DNA of 63,237 nucleotides, the filler included, from Octopus bimaculoides (taxonomy: Eukaryota), in the NCBI RefSeq assembly GCF_001194135.2. It is 8 parts of 8 records of this genome, joined end to end, with 100 filler letters (N's around TTAATTAATTAA, not from the genome) between each part and the next. Parts side by side here need not be neighbours in the genome. Positions count along the whole stretch, not along the records: positions 21,558 to 35,825 come from NC_068992.1; positions 35,926 to 38,356 come from NC_068989.1; 6 more parts are not named here. One strand, given 5' to 3'. The notes under the pieces are model-generated. The model did no database searches. It was not told where the DNA came from and saw only the letters and a program-made list of their open reading frames with translations. Positions 23,780-36,133 of this stretch are shown here, in pieces (the first letter of the stretch is position 1; each line of letters begins with the position of its first letter). The position numbers were made by a program, and so were the translations under genes.

Positions 23780-24310
23780 ATACTGGGATGAAGCTCACCC
23801 AAATATTTTACCGTAAAACTTCGGCAACACACATCTTGCCTTGCAAATAAAAAGCTACCACTGAAAGTAATTGCTATCCCAACTTTCATTACGATCTCCA
23901 CATGTAATTAATTCGACAGAATCAATTATAGAATATACTCAACTTAAGAACATTTTTAAACCCTAGTTCTAAGTTACAACCAAGAAACACTGGAAACCAC
24001 CGAGACGGCTGAAAAAATATAGGCTCACTACTTGTCTAAACATTATCTACAACAAATTTTATGCAAACTGTTTCAAGCAGATCCACAAGGATCACTGTGT
24101 GTCCAACAACCTAATGACTGGTGACCGGGCAGGTGGAGGGAAGGGAGTGTAAAGATGTACCAACCAATGCAGCCAATGATTTCTTTGCAAATGATCTGAA
24201 AATCTATGCTAAAATGTTTACAATTTACAATGAAAAAGCCAAAAGATAAAAAAACAGCTGGACTTAACAGTTTTAGCTAACGTAGGAATGGAATTTGGCC
24301 AAAAAAATGT
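23780..24310 (+). mobile_element. Highly decayed R4/Dong-like RT remnant
   Basis: KYRLTTCLNIIY (cf. YRPITCL..IYK); FFANDLKIYA (cf. LFVDDLKLYA); VGMEFGQKKC (cf. IGMEFGLEKC). Confidence 0.65.
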
Positions 24311-25185
24311 TTGTATCCCATTTCTTAGGCACTTTACTTGGGTGGAATAATTGACAAGTGGGATGCAAATGTTGTTCCAGTCCGATCCTGAATTGCAATA
24401 GCATGAGTAGAATTCGTATTGAATCACCACTGCGATATGATGTTCATTACAAAAACATCAGCTACTTTAGTAGAGTCCATTCTACTGTAAATATTAGGTC
24501 AGACGTTCGGTCTAAAGATAAGAGAGGTCCTCTAACTACGCTATACCAAAGGATACTTAGTAAGAGATTTTTTTGGTGGGTCTTAAAACAGTTCAACTAG
24601 GAGGACTGTTCTATCGCAAAAACTTCTGAAACACATTGGCAGCGTTCAATGTCACTAAGATGAATAAAAGGTGGCAACAACGTTAGGCGTGCGTTTAATT
24701 TGTTCCTCCCTTTCACAAAAATATCGTCGTCACCTAACCTTCATTATGAAGTACATTTTAAAGCATTATTAACAATACTGCTGCTTCGCTTGTTATCTGA
24801 AATTCCAATGTAATCAGAAGAATGCGACGTGATTAAGATAATTACATTTCTAGTGGCAGGCAATAATATATCATCACTAAATATCATTGTTTGTTACTAA
24901 TTAGACTCCAGTTAAAAACTGGATAACTCGGATGATAGCCTATCATATATTTCTGACCTAAGCAGGAAGCTTCAAATATCAGATAAAGAGAATTTAAAAA
25001 ACAAAACAAAACAAGATGTCGTAATGTGTATGTCTTTTCTGGATATACTTGAGTCTGGAAAACAGAAATGTTAGTATATGCAACACATAATCTAAGAAAG
25101 AAAATTCTGAGATTTGTCGCGCTGTTTTTGCATGTTCCAGTTTGATATTGCAAGGTGTTACAGAGTCTGCTAAGTAAATGTTTAC

Positions 25186-25291
25186 CTTCACATGGCAATA
25201 AACTGCTTCTGTGTTGAACAAGGTTCATATCATTCCACTCCCACAAAGCTTGTCTACGATCAGAATACTGAACAATCACTACCTCGTCCAC
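25186..25291 (-). CDS. Candidate internal coding exon, unidentified protein (VDEVVIVQYSDRRQALWEWNDMNLVQHRSSLLPCE)
   Basis: Acceptor atatttttattcag|G, donor AAG|gtaaac; 106 bp, phase 0 in and phase 1 out; the other two frames have stops. Confidence 0.55.
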
Positions 25292-25791
25292 CTGAATAAA
25301 AATATTTACATAAGTGTACTTTCTCACACTGTGCAACAGGAGCACCTTATAAGCGTTGAGCATTTCGTTCGTAAATTCTGGGTTTACGACCTAAAATGAA
25401 CATAGTTTAAACAAAGAGACTGTCTTCATACGTTCTAGGAAGTGAAAATGTCCATCCCTCTCCTATTGGTTCAATCGTTATAGTATTCACGATGTTCATG
25501 CACACATTCAAGCATGCTCATACATACTGCTGTTAATAGCGTGATTGACCTTGTTACTGTACTGCCTGCGACCAATAAGTCTTCTACCACCACTGCTGCA
25601 ACTACAATCATCAGCATTTCTACTACCACCCTCACCAACACTAATTACCACTACTAGCGCTACTACTTCAACCGTTAGTCAATGTAATGTGATCTTGAGA
25701 GTCCAAAGGTTTCGATCATTCTCTCTGCATGCGAACAAAATAGAATCGCTTTAAGATGCTAAAAACTTCCGTTGTGTGCGAACGTTAACAC

Positions 25792-25835
<44 letters not shown>

Positions 25836-25907
25836 TTAAAATTTGAAAGTATTTATGCATTGACATTCCAAACATGTCCGGTTTAACTGTCACTTATATT
25901 TTTGGCC

Positions 25908-26013
25908 TGGATTCTCAGTCTTTTCGTTAAAATTAACGAGGTGCATCCCTTCTAATCAGTTTAATATCTGATACAACCCTAACATAGGAACTTCGATATT
26001 AAACTGAATTTTG
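25908..26013 (+). pseudogene. U2 snRNA-derived pseudogene, 5' about 105 nt only
   Basis: TTCTCAGTCTTTTCGTTAAAATTAA and TTCTAATCAGTTTAATATCTGATAC closely match the U2 5' half; Sm-like AATTTTG; branch-pairing GTAGTA mutated; 3' stems not recognisable. Confidence 0.85.
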
Positions 26014-27304
26014 ATTAGCATGGAAGATTAATGTCAACACTTAATCGATCTAGGCCACTGATTCAACGGGAATTAAAGAACATTCAGAAGTTAATCCAAT
26101 TAAGCGACCTAATAAAGACGCTTGTAGGTAGTCGCTTCGCAAGCTTGAATTAGTGATCCATTAATTCCCTAGGGCCCGCTTGATTGCAGCTCAACTGGGG
26201 TTAAATACAATCAACAGCAACTAAATATAATCACAAACAACTTGTGTCTCTATGACGCAGTTATCCTTGAGAGTTTCATCATAATAACCCTTATCTCTAA
26301 ATCTAAATTGTTAGCTGTAACAGCCATAAATACCTGCTGCCTAATTATGAATGAACTGAAGAATCTTCACATTGATCATAAAATTCTACAACAACGAAAA
26401 GTTACTTGATTGGCTTTGCAGTTATTGATTATTGCCACTCTCCCTCTTCATTAATTAAACATTATTTATTTTATACTAGTACTTCTGATTCACGCTGTTA
26501 TACAAATTAAAATAGCCGCTACAGTAACAGCTTAATTCATATAACAGCTTAATTCATATAACAGCTGCATACTCTATGTCTGTGGTTAGCAAACTGTTAA
26601 CTCATGACACCCACTTCCAATCTTTAATTTTCCTGAGATCCTTTAGATATTATTAGTGAAAAAAGCACTTCAGTTTTCTAATAAATAGTTAATAGTAGAA
26701 TCAAGTCACTTTTGAAAAGTTTTAAAAAGTTTAACGAAAGTAAAATTTATAAAATTTTTGAAATAACAACGAAATTTCAACTATATATTGCTATAAATTA
26801 GTTTTATTAGCAAAAAATTTATTTGTATAGATATCTAGAAATTGATAATTTGTAATGAAAGCAGATTTCTTAAAAAGTGTATAAGAATACGCATTTAAAA
26901 TTTTTCTCAAAGGTGTTTTTTTTTTATTTACCAGTAATGTAATGAACTCCAAAAATATCGGTATGTGTCAATTGCGCATTTATTCTCTATTATCCTATTT
27001 CATATAAACAAAACTATTTTTGTGGGTTCAATAAGACAAACATTTATAATCATACATTGTTTTTTTATATATAACATGCATGACAACACTCTATTGTCTC
27101 CAAGAAAATTAATAACTAGTAAAAAATTTATTGCTTTTTGAGCACAAAAACAATATCATGTTACCTATTTTACTGAATTTATTCAGTAAAATCCTTGTGG
27201 CTGATGCGTTTCGCAAGTTTTTTCAATATTAGGGTCCATGGTTGTTAAAGAAAAACATAAACCACTTCTACTTAGCAATTTCTAAGCGATTATTTTTTTA
27301 TCTT

Positions 27305-27500
27305 TTTATTTGCTTCAGTCACTGGCCATGCTGGGGTACCACTTTGAAGGGTTTAGTCGAGAAAATCAACCCCAGAACTTTTATTCTTAAGCCCGGTACT
27401 TAATCTGTCGGTCAGTATTGACGAAAAGTTAAGTTACGGTGGCACAAACAAACCAATTATTGACTGTCAATCGACGGTAGTGGGTGAACACAAACACAAA
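27305..27500 (-). mobile_element. SINE family B 3' part
   Basis: Homology to the family B 3' block. Confidence 0.65.
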
Positions 27501-27699
27501 GACACATACGCACACACATAGACGCGCGCGCATATGTATGTATGTNNNNNNNNNNNNNNNNNNNNNNNNNNNNNNNNNNNNNNNNNNNNNNNNNNNNNNN
27601 NNNNNNNNNNNNNNNNNNNNNNNNNNNNNNNNNNNNNNNNNNNNNCAAGTGGTGAAGACATTGTTTCGGCCTAGTTAAAGGCATCTGGAAAATATCAAA

Positions 27700-29895
27700 C
27701 TGCTGTCACAGAAAAACTATTGTTCCACCGTGAGAAAGGTTCTGTCGCAGTGTTAATTTAAATTTGGCTATGGTGGATCGAATCCACTTCATGCACGCAA
27801 GGTCCACTAGATCACTCTCCTCGCCAGTGAGGTTCCTGGGAGGGAAGCGAACGAACAAAGAGACGAAGAAATGCATGATAAATGCCCTGGAATGGTTGAA
27901 GAGAAATTTCGCATATCAGGAGAGAGGATCGTTGAAGTGTATAGGGGACAGTGTCGCTTTGCGTGCTAAAATATGTGCAGTTAGTGACTGGGCAGTACAG
28001 CAAATAGGTGCGTGTGTGTGCGTGAGGGCGTATACAGGAGAGCAGGGACACGCTTCGAAATTGACTGAAAGGTAAGCTCAGATGAGCGAGTGAGTGCATT
28101 CTCAATCCGTGATATGAAAGATCTTCCTGCAGGGTTGAAGTGTGTGAAATGCCTTGAAGGTGAAATGCCCGAAGTGAAATGCGTCTGGTGCTGTTGTCGT
28201 GGTTAATTGCTGAGTTAGCAAGGGCGACAATGTATGCATGCAGGAGTGGTGCGCGAGACAAATAATTTGTCTCTGTTAATTACATGACCAAACAGGGGTC
28301 TAACGGGGAAAATTATGTCTAAACATGAGCGTAGAGCATGTGAACATCCGACGTGCTTTGAGTCGAGATTGGAATTGAGCTGACGCAGAAGTGTTGCAAA
28401 ACAAGGGGGTAGTAGCTGTGCATAACAGAGGTGCATGTGCATGAGTGCAATAGAGCTTATACAAGGCTGAGGCTAATGCTAGTGCATTGATTACAAATAC
28501 AGTGTACAGTATTGAATTTGCCAGTGATTAATGTAGTAAGGCTGAGGTTGCCAGCCGGTGCATGAAGTATTATAAGCCTCGATCATGCAGGAACAAAAGT
28601 GTGGCATGCTGGCACGTTGTAAGGGACAAACAACTTTCTCTATGTATGCGTGACCAGCCTAGGGTCTTACAGGAATGAGTTGTGTCTGTAAGGGCACAAA
28701 TAGCATGAAAAACAAGCGAGATAGGCATGTGTGGTGCATGAATGTGACAGAGATAGCATTTGTGTGTATGAACCATGTGTGCAGATGCGTGTGCAAGGCC
28801 AGGCACTGAGGAAAGGTGCATGCAGGTGTGTATGCAACAATACATTTTCAAAATGAACGAGAGAAAAAAGTACATGCAAAATATGAACATTAACCTATAA
28901 AACATTCAAAAAAGATATGCACATGAATTTAGCCATTTTAGTGAAACGAGTCGTCGCAGAATTTGTACATCACGGAATGTGTGCATCGCAGAATGTGTGC
29001 ATCGCGGAATATGTGCGTCGCGGAAGGTGTGCTTCGCGGAATGTGTATAACTTGTAAACAAATGAAAGTATGCAGTGCAAACAGAACAATACAATAATCA
29101 AAATTAACAAACTTAGCTGAAAATAGCGTCCTTTGTGAAAAGTCTACTGCTGAAAGTGAAAAGAAGTGCATGCAAAGAAAAAGAGTTGTTGAAAGTCTAT
29201 GTGAGAGTCTTATGTACGTGCAAAAGTTCATACACAATGCAGGGTTTGTACGTCGGGACGAGACGAAAAGTGTGTGTGTGTCAAAAAGGTTGCATGTGCG
29301 GGCTTCTGTATTTTCTTCCAGTTACTTTCTGGGCATGCAGCTGTCGAAATGTTGCGCTTATAGGCTTTCATGGTTGGCGAATACCTTGTGCGTCGGCAGT
29401 GTTGCATCTTTGTGAAGTGCATCGTAGATTGCATCGCAGTATAGAGCTTTTTGTAGCAGGTCGAAGGAGGGTGCATCTTGGTGGTGACGAAGGTTGTCAT
29501 TAATTTTCTTTGGTTTAGCGACTGTTGATTTCCTAGTTCTTTAGTTCGAATCAGCAAAAATGCAAAAGGTAGTAATTCTTTCGCTCGGGGTCGCCAGTTG
29601 TAACTGTTGGTAATGCAGTTTCAGAAGGCAGCAATTCTTTTTTTACGGGGTCACCAATTGTAACGGTAAGGTTTTGTTTGTGTAGTCGATGTGTCACTAA
29701 TTCTAACGATAGTATGTTAGAGTCGGAGGTCACCAATTGTAACGGTAATGTTTTGTTTGTAGCGATGTGGGTTGCCAGTATAACGATTGTAAGATGAACA
29801 ATGAACAGTGATCAAAGTTGCAAAGAAATATTTATTTACCGTTACTTTAATAAATGCCATACCACGACGGGTAGGTAAGTGTAATAGTATAACAC
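27700..29895 (-). mobile_element. Putative LTR-retroelement remnant without recognisable pol
   Basis: LTR-like segment about 29780-29894, followed on the minus strand by repeated GTTACA+NN+TGGTGACCCCG PBS junctions; CpG-containing internal region; left boundary uncertain. Confidence 0.45.
28952..29047. repeat. 16-bp minisatellite x6 (CATCGCGGAATGTGTG)
   Basis: Six units directly countable. Confidence 0.9.
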
Positions 29896-30712
29896 AGTTC
29901 GCGCAATATCTATCCTGAATAGATTAAGTTTTCCCAGAAATGCACTCGAAACTTCTTTGCAAATTAAAAGATTTATAGTTTTACCTTATGACTCTTTGTT
30001 CAGCAAATTTATAGTCTCAAATATATCTGAATGTTAGAATGTCACATTTGACAACTAGAGTTTCTTCGCCAGGCTGCTTACCATTCAGAAACATTACAAT
30101 ACTGACCCAAAGTTCAACGAAGTGACGCAGGCCTTACAAATTCACTAGATGTATGAACGTCAAGCAGTAACATAATATTCAATTCCTGCAAGACTTTCCA
30201 GTGCTAATTTGATACTTTATTTATCAATGGCAAATTTTTATCGAAGTGACAAACAAATCATTGTGTGCACGCGCGTGTGATGAGAGAACATAAGGTATAT
30301 AAAATAAGCGTTAGGTATGTTTTGTGTATAAATGCTAAAGAATTGCAAACAACAATAGAAAATTTTTTGGAAGAAACAATGTGGTAGCTGTATCGCTTAC
30401 TTCATTGAGCCTGTGGCCCCACTGTACTTGGCGATTCTCCTAACTGGGCCATATGGCCTCTGGTTGGGAAGCACTGTTCTATGATATCGATTGAGGAAGG
30501 AGATTAGGTACGTACTTTCTGAAAAGCAGTCAACAAGTCGTAAAACCTTCCGTAAGTAGCAGCCCTCTCCTCTTTTCTCCGTGCATCGAAAGCATTGAAA
30601 GAATATATTTATATTTTATGATACGTTATAGCAGTCAAAGCATTCTAATACTTATAACCATTTCAGTACTGCTCATTCACGTTGCATCACATCACTCACA
30701 CACACACACGAA

Positions 30713-30757
<45 letters not shown>

Positions 30758-31429
30758 NNNNNNNNNNNNNNNNNNNNNNNNNNNNNNNNNNNNNNNNNNN
30801 NNNNNNNNNNNNNNNNNNNNNNNNNNNNNNNNNNNNNNNNNNNNNNNNNNNNNNNNNNNNNNNNNNNNNNNNNNNNNNNNNNNNNNNNNNNNNNNNNNNN
30901 NNNNNNNNNNNNNNNNNNNNNNNNNNNNNNNNNNNNNNNNNNNNNNNNNNNNNNNNNNNNNNNNNNNNNNNNNNNNNNNNNNNNNNNNNNNNNNNNNNNN
31001 NNNNNNNNNNNNNNNNNNNNNNNNNNNNNNNNNNNNNNNNNNNNNNNNNNNNNNNNNNNNNNNNNNNNNNNNNNNNNNNNNNNNNNNNNNNNNNNNNNNN
31101 NNNNNNNNNNNNNNNNNNNNNNNNNNNNNNNNNNNNNNNNNNNNNNNNNNNNNNNNNNNNNNNNNNNNNNNNNNNNNNNNNNNNNNNNNNNNNNNNNNNN
31201 NNNNNNNNNNNNNNNNNNNNNNNNNNNNNNNNNNNNNNNNNNNNNNNNNNNNNNNNNNNNNNNNNNNNNNNNNNNNNNNNNNNNNNNNNNNNNNNNNNNN
31301 TGGCATCTGCAGTGGATTTGCCTTTTGGAGTTAAAATATGATGAGGAATAAAGTTGGTTTCTTCCTCATCGCTATTAGGTGCTGATGTTGTTATTTATAT
31401 CTATATACTTAAAGAAAACATTCTTCTCG

Positions 31430-31660
31430 AGCTCTAAGGACTCAGAAGGGCCGTATTCCTAGTTTCCGTGATGCATATATATATTTACTCACTGGACGGG
31501 ACGCCGGTCCGTCGTAGGATTACTCCTTTTGAGCAGCTGAGTGGACTGGAGCAACATGAAATGAAATGTTTTGCTCAAGAACACACATCTCTCGGTCCAG
31601 GAATCCAAACCACAATCTTACGATCATGAGTCCAATACCTTAGCCACTAGGCTACACGCC
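31430..31660 (-). mobile_element. tRNA-derived SINE family E (related copy at 36457-36640, plus strand)
   Basis: Head GGCGTGTAGCCTAGTGGCTAAGG..GGTTTGGATTCC with A/B-box-like motifs. Confidence 0.65.
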
Positions 31661-32738
31661 TTCCCTTACATATACACACACACACACGTGGGTGAGTATA
31701 TCTAATGGTGTTTGACTCTAAATTGAGTTAGAGGTGCCTCTATGTGGCCATTTGCTCTGCAAGAAATAGCTGTTAAAATAAAGTGACTTCGGAAAATGAA
31801 ATCTGAGACTGAGTCTTAATAAAAGAAGTGATGATTCATGGTTAGGATACCTACAGTCATAGGTATGCTTTATTACAGCTGATTTGAACAATAAAAATAC
31901 AAGATACATGCATACACACACACTCACACACACATACACGCCCACATACATATACATACACTAACTTATATATATATTTCAAAATGGTAAATGTAAAATC
32001 TTCAACTACACTTTACTATATACGCGCTAACTTACAAAAACACACCCATGAATACGGATACACAGGCATACACGCCTACATACCAGAAACAACCCCACCA
32101 CCACTCGCATATACAGACCGACACACATACACACATACTGCAATATACTGTTACACCAATACAGTTTCACTGACACACTCTAGCATATTCTTATACATAC
32201 TCACATATACGCTCATAGATCTGCAGTCTTAAGCAATGTTCAGACTGTCTGTCTGTACATAAGGGTAGAAGAATACAGACAACGTAGATTTCGGGTGACT
32301 CATCGTTGCACAATGTAATTCTGGTAAATGAAATTGCTACCATTTATACATGTCCTTCAGTATGTTAATGTACGTACGTGAGTGTTCATACATACATTCA
32401 TACATACATACATACATACATACATACATACATANNNNNNNNNNNNNNNNNNNNNNNNNNNNNNNNNNNNNNNNNNNNNNNNNNNNNNNNNNNNNNNNNN
32501 NNNNNNNNNNNNNNNNNNNNNNNNNNNNNNNNNNNNNNNNNNNNNNNNNNNNNNNNNNNNNNNNNNNNNNNNNNNNNNNNNNNNNNNNNNNNNNNNNNNN
32601 NNNNNNNNNNNNNNNNNNNNNNNNNNNNNNNNNNNNNNNNNNNNNNNNNNNNNNNNNNNNNNNNNNNNNNNNNNNNNNNNNNNNNNNNNNNNNNNNNNNN
32701 NNNNNNNNNNNNNNNNNNNNNNNNNNNNNNNNNNNNNA

Positions 32739-32774
<36 letters not shown>

Positions 32775-33400
32775 TGTATTCATGTATTTATAAGTGTGCA
32801 TGCGTGTGCGCGCGCGATGTGAGTGTGTATGTGAGCATGTATTTGTATGTTTTTTTGAAGTTTCCGATGCTGCTGATAGTTCTTCGGGCAAAGCGTGGTG
32901 GGAAGAAAGAAGCTAATTTAGGCAAGAATGCGGTAGAGATATATGAACGAAAAGGGTTCGGTACTGCTTGAACAAAAAGGAATGGTCATTCTAAGCAAGG
33001 GAAGGCTGTTGCTTTTGATCAGGTTAGTGACCGTAACAGGAAATGTGTCAACACTACTATTCACACTCATACAAACACACGACAGTACGAACATAAACAC
33101 AGATATGAATATTAGAATAACAGATATACACATACATGTATGAGAAGTGGTGGGGGTTACTCATACATACCGCCTGTGATACCAGCTTGCCTATATGTAC
33201 GTGTGCACTTGCATACACTCATTAGTATTAAAAAGTACGATAAGAAAAAATGCTCGCTTTACAACCACAATGTTCCAGGTTCCGTACCTCTGCGCAGCAC
33301 TTTGAGCAAGGGTCTTCTGCTATATGCCTGGCCCGAATAATGGGTTGTGAGTGAAACTGGTAGATCGAAACTGTGTAGATGCCTGTCGCTCTCTCTCTCT

Positions 33401-33440
<40 letters not shown>

Positions 33441-34381
33441 CATATATATATATGGAGAGATAGATAGATACACACACACGCACACNNNNNNNNNNNNNNN
33501 NNNNNNNNNNNNNNNNNNNNNNNNNNNNNNNNNNNNNNNNNNNNNNNNNNNNNNNNNNNNNNNNNNNNNNNNNNNNNNNNNNNNNNNNNNNNNNNNNNNN
33601 NNNNNNNNNNNNNNNNNNNNNNNNNNNNNNNNNNNNNNNNNNNNNNNNNNNNNNNNNNNNNNNNNNNNNNNNNNNNNNNNNNNNNNNNNNNNNNNNNNNN
33701 NNNNNNNNNNNNNNNNNNNNNNNNNNNNNNNNNNNNNNNNNNNNNNNNNNNNNNNNNNNNNNNNNNNNNNNNNNNNNNNNNNNNNNNNNNNNNNNNNNNN
33801 NNNNNNNNNNNNNNNNNNNNNNNNNNNNNNNNNNNNNNNNNNNNNNNNNNNNNNNNNNNNNNNNNNNNNNNNNNNNNNNNNNNNNNNNNNNNNNNNNNNN
33901 NNNNNNNNNNNNNNNNNNNNNNNNNNNNNNNNNNNNNNNNNNNNNNNNNNNNNNNNNNNNNNNNNNNNNNNNNNNNNNNNNNNNNNNNNNNNNNNNNNNN
34001 NNNNNNNNNNNNNNNNNNNNNNNNNNNNNNNNNNNNNNNNNNNNNNNNNNNNNNNNNNNNNNNNNNNNNNNNNNNNNNNNNNNNNNNNNNNNNNNNNNNN
34101 NNNNNNNNNNNNNNNNNNNNNNNNNNNNNNNNNNNNNNNNNNNNNNNNNNNNNNNNNNNNNNNNNNNNNNNNNNNNNNNNATTGTTTTTGTCAGTCGTCA
34201 CATATGTATGTGTAGATGTGTGTGTGTGTGTGTGTTTAATAACTACCTAACGCGGAAACACACACATACTCACAGATACATACGCACTCATAATGCACAC
34301 ACATACATATACTCAGACACATACACACTCATATACAAAATGTGACGTCGTCGTCGTATAAGATGTCGTGTATAGTTTAGT

Positions 34382-34760
34382 ATATATATACATATATCTG
34401 CCTTTAACCCTTCAACGCGGAGTATAGGCCACTTATAATTGAATTCCATGTCGCATAATTTTTCGCTTCTGTACTTATACTCTGTCATGAATGTCCTCCT
34501 TTCTCTAGTTCTTTTTGTGCTGATCTACGCCACGAGTTCTTAGGCCTATCCCCTCTTTCTATATCCATCCGGATTCCACTGTAAAGCACTTTTCGCTGCA
34601 TTTGGTGTATCCTTTCTAATTGTGCTACCAATCCACTTCCACTTTTTCTTAAATATTTACTCCCTAATCGAAACTTGATTCATTCTTTGTCATAGCTCCA
34701 TATTGCTTATGTGATTTTAAATATATTATGCAAGCACCTGTTGATGAACGATTGTATTTG
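34382..34760 (-). mobile_element. RTE-clade LINE, 3' segment
   Basis: KQIQSFINRCL..IFKI, KKWKWIGSTIRK, ALQWNPDGYRKRG motifs; ends in a (TA)-rich tail next to TSD 34370-34381. Confidence 0.85.
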
Positions 34761-35117
34761 CTTAACGTCATTAACGTCAAAATTAGAAGCAATAGCTGCC
34801 AAACTAGGATTGAAAGTCAACTGCGACAAATCAAAAATTATGCGCGTTAATGAAGAAAACAGTGAACGTATTAAACTAGAAACCGGTGAACTAGAGGATG
34901 TAGCCGAGTTTACGTATTTAGGTAGTAAGATAACGCTCTCAGGTGGCACCGACGAAGATGTTTAGACGAGAATAGGTAAGGCAGGGACCGCTTTCCACCT
35001 GTTAAAAAAAGTATGGAGCGCAAGTGTAATTTCAATAAAGAACAAAATAAGAATTTTTAACACTAACGTAAAAGCAGTGTTATTGTATAGGGCTGAGACA
35101 TGGCGAACAACAGTTAA
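34761..35117 (+). mobile_element. RTE-clade LINE, inverted 5' segment
   Basis: KLGLKVNCDKSKIM, EDVAEFTYLGSKI, RIGKAGTAF, KIRIFNTNVKAVLLY.AETWRTT; followed by TSD 35118-35129. Confidence 0.9.
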
Positions 35118-35317
35118 GTATAGTTTAGTCTAGAAAGATTATCTCTATAAAATGTTATATCGTTTTAATGCAAATGAAGAAAAAAATTACATTTTGACAC
35201 TCGCGGGGTGTAATCCTATTACCTTGTAAAATTTGATTTAATTTGGTCGACAGACCGACAAATATTTTATTTAGAGAGAGATGACGGACTAACCGTCGAA
35301 GACGACGTATAGGTTTT

Positions 35318-35805
35318 CAGCGTGGCTGCGTGGTAAGTAGCTTGTTTTCAAAGCACCTTTGACAAGTATCTTCTACTATAGCCCTGGGCCGACCATAGCT
35401 TTGTGAGCAGATTTAGTAAAAGGAAACTGAAAGAAGCCCGTCTTATATATATGTATATATATATTTGTGCGTGTGTGTGTATGTCTGTTACTGTGTTTGT
35501 CCCATCACTGCTTGACAATTGGTGTTGGTGTGTTTAGGTCTCCATAACTTAGTGGTTCGTCAAAAGATTTCGATAGAATAAGTACTAGGCTTAAAAAGTA
35601 ATAAGTCCTGGGATCGATTTGTTCGACTTCAAGGCAGTGCTCTACCATGGCCGCAGTCAAATGACTGAAACAAGTGGCTGTGTGGTAAGAAACTTGCTTC
35701 CCAACCACATGATTCCCGGTTCAGTCCCACTGCATGACACTTTGGACAAGTGTCTTCTATTACAACCCTAGGCCGACCAAAGCCTTGTGAGTGGATTTAC
35801 ATATA
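35318..35805 (+). mobile_element. SINE family B copy followed by a second family B head
   Basis: Full head-to-tail copy to about 35672; new head starts at about 35676. Confidence 0.8.
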
Positions 35806-35925
35806 TATATATATATATATATATANNNNNNNNNNNNNNNNNNNNNNNNNNNNNNNNNNNNNNNNNNNNTTAATTAATTAANNNNNNNNNNNNNNNNNNN
35901 NNNNNNNNNNNNNNNNNNNNNNNNN

Positions 35926-36133
35926 CTGGCAGTGTCGTTAGCACGTCGGATAAAATGCTTAGCGGCATTTTTACTGGCTCTCTACGTTCAGAGTTCAAAC
36001 TCCGCCGAGGTCAACTTTGCATTTTCTTTCATCCTTACACAGTCGATAAAATAAAGAACCAATCAAGTTCTGGGGTCGATATAACAGACTTACCCCGTCC
36101 CCCAAAACTGTTGGCCTCGTATTAAAATTTGAA
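35926..36133 (+). mobile_element. SINE family A
   Basis: Head and core homology. Confidence 0.8.

Noticed and set aside
25908-26013. Functional U2 snRNA gene
   Set aside because: Branch-pairing sequence mutated and 3' stems absent.
30082-30185. Exon-like interval on the minus strand
   Set aside because: Stops in all three frames and a poor polypyrimidine tract.
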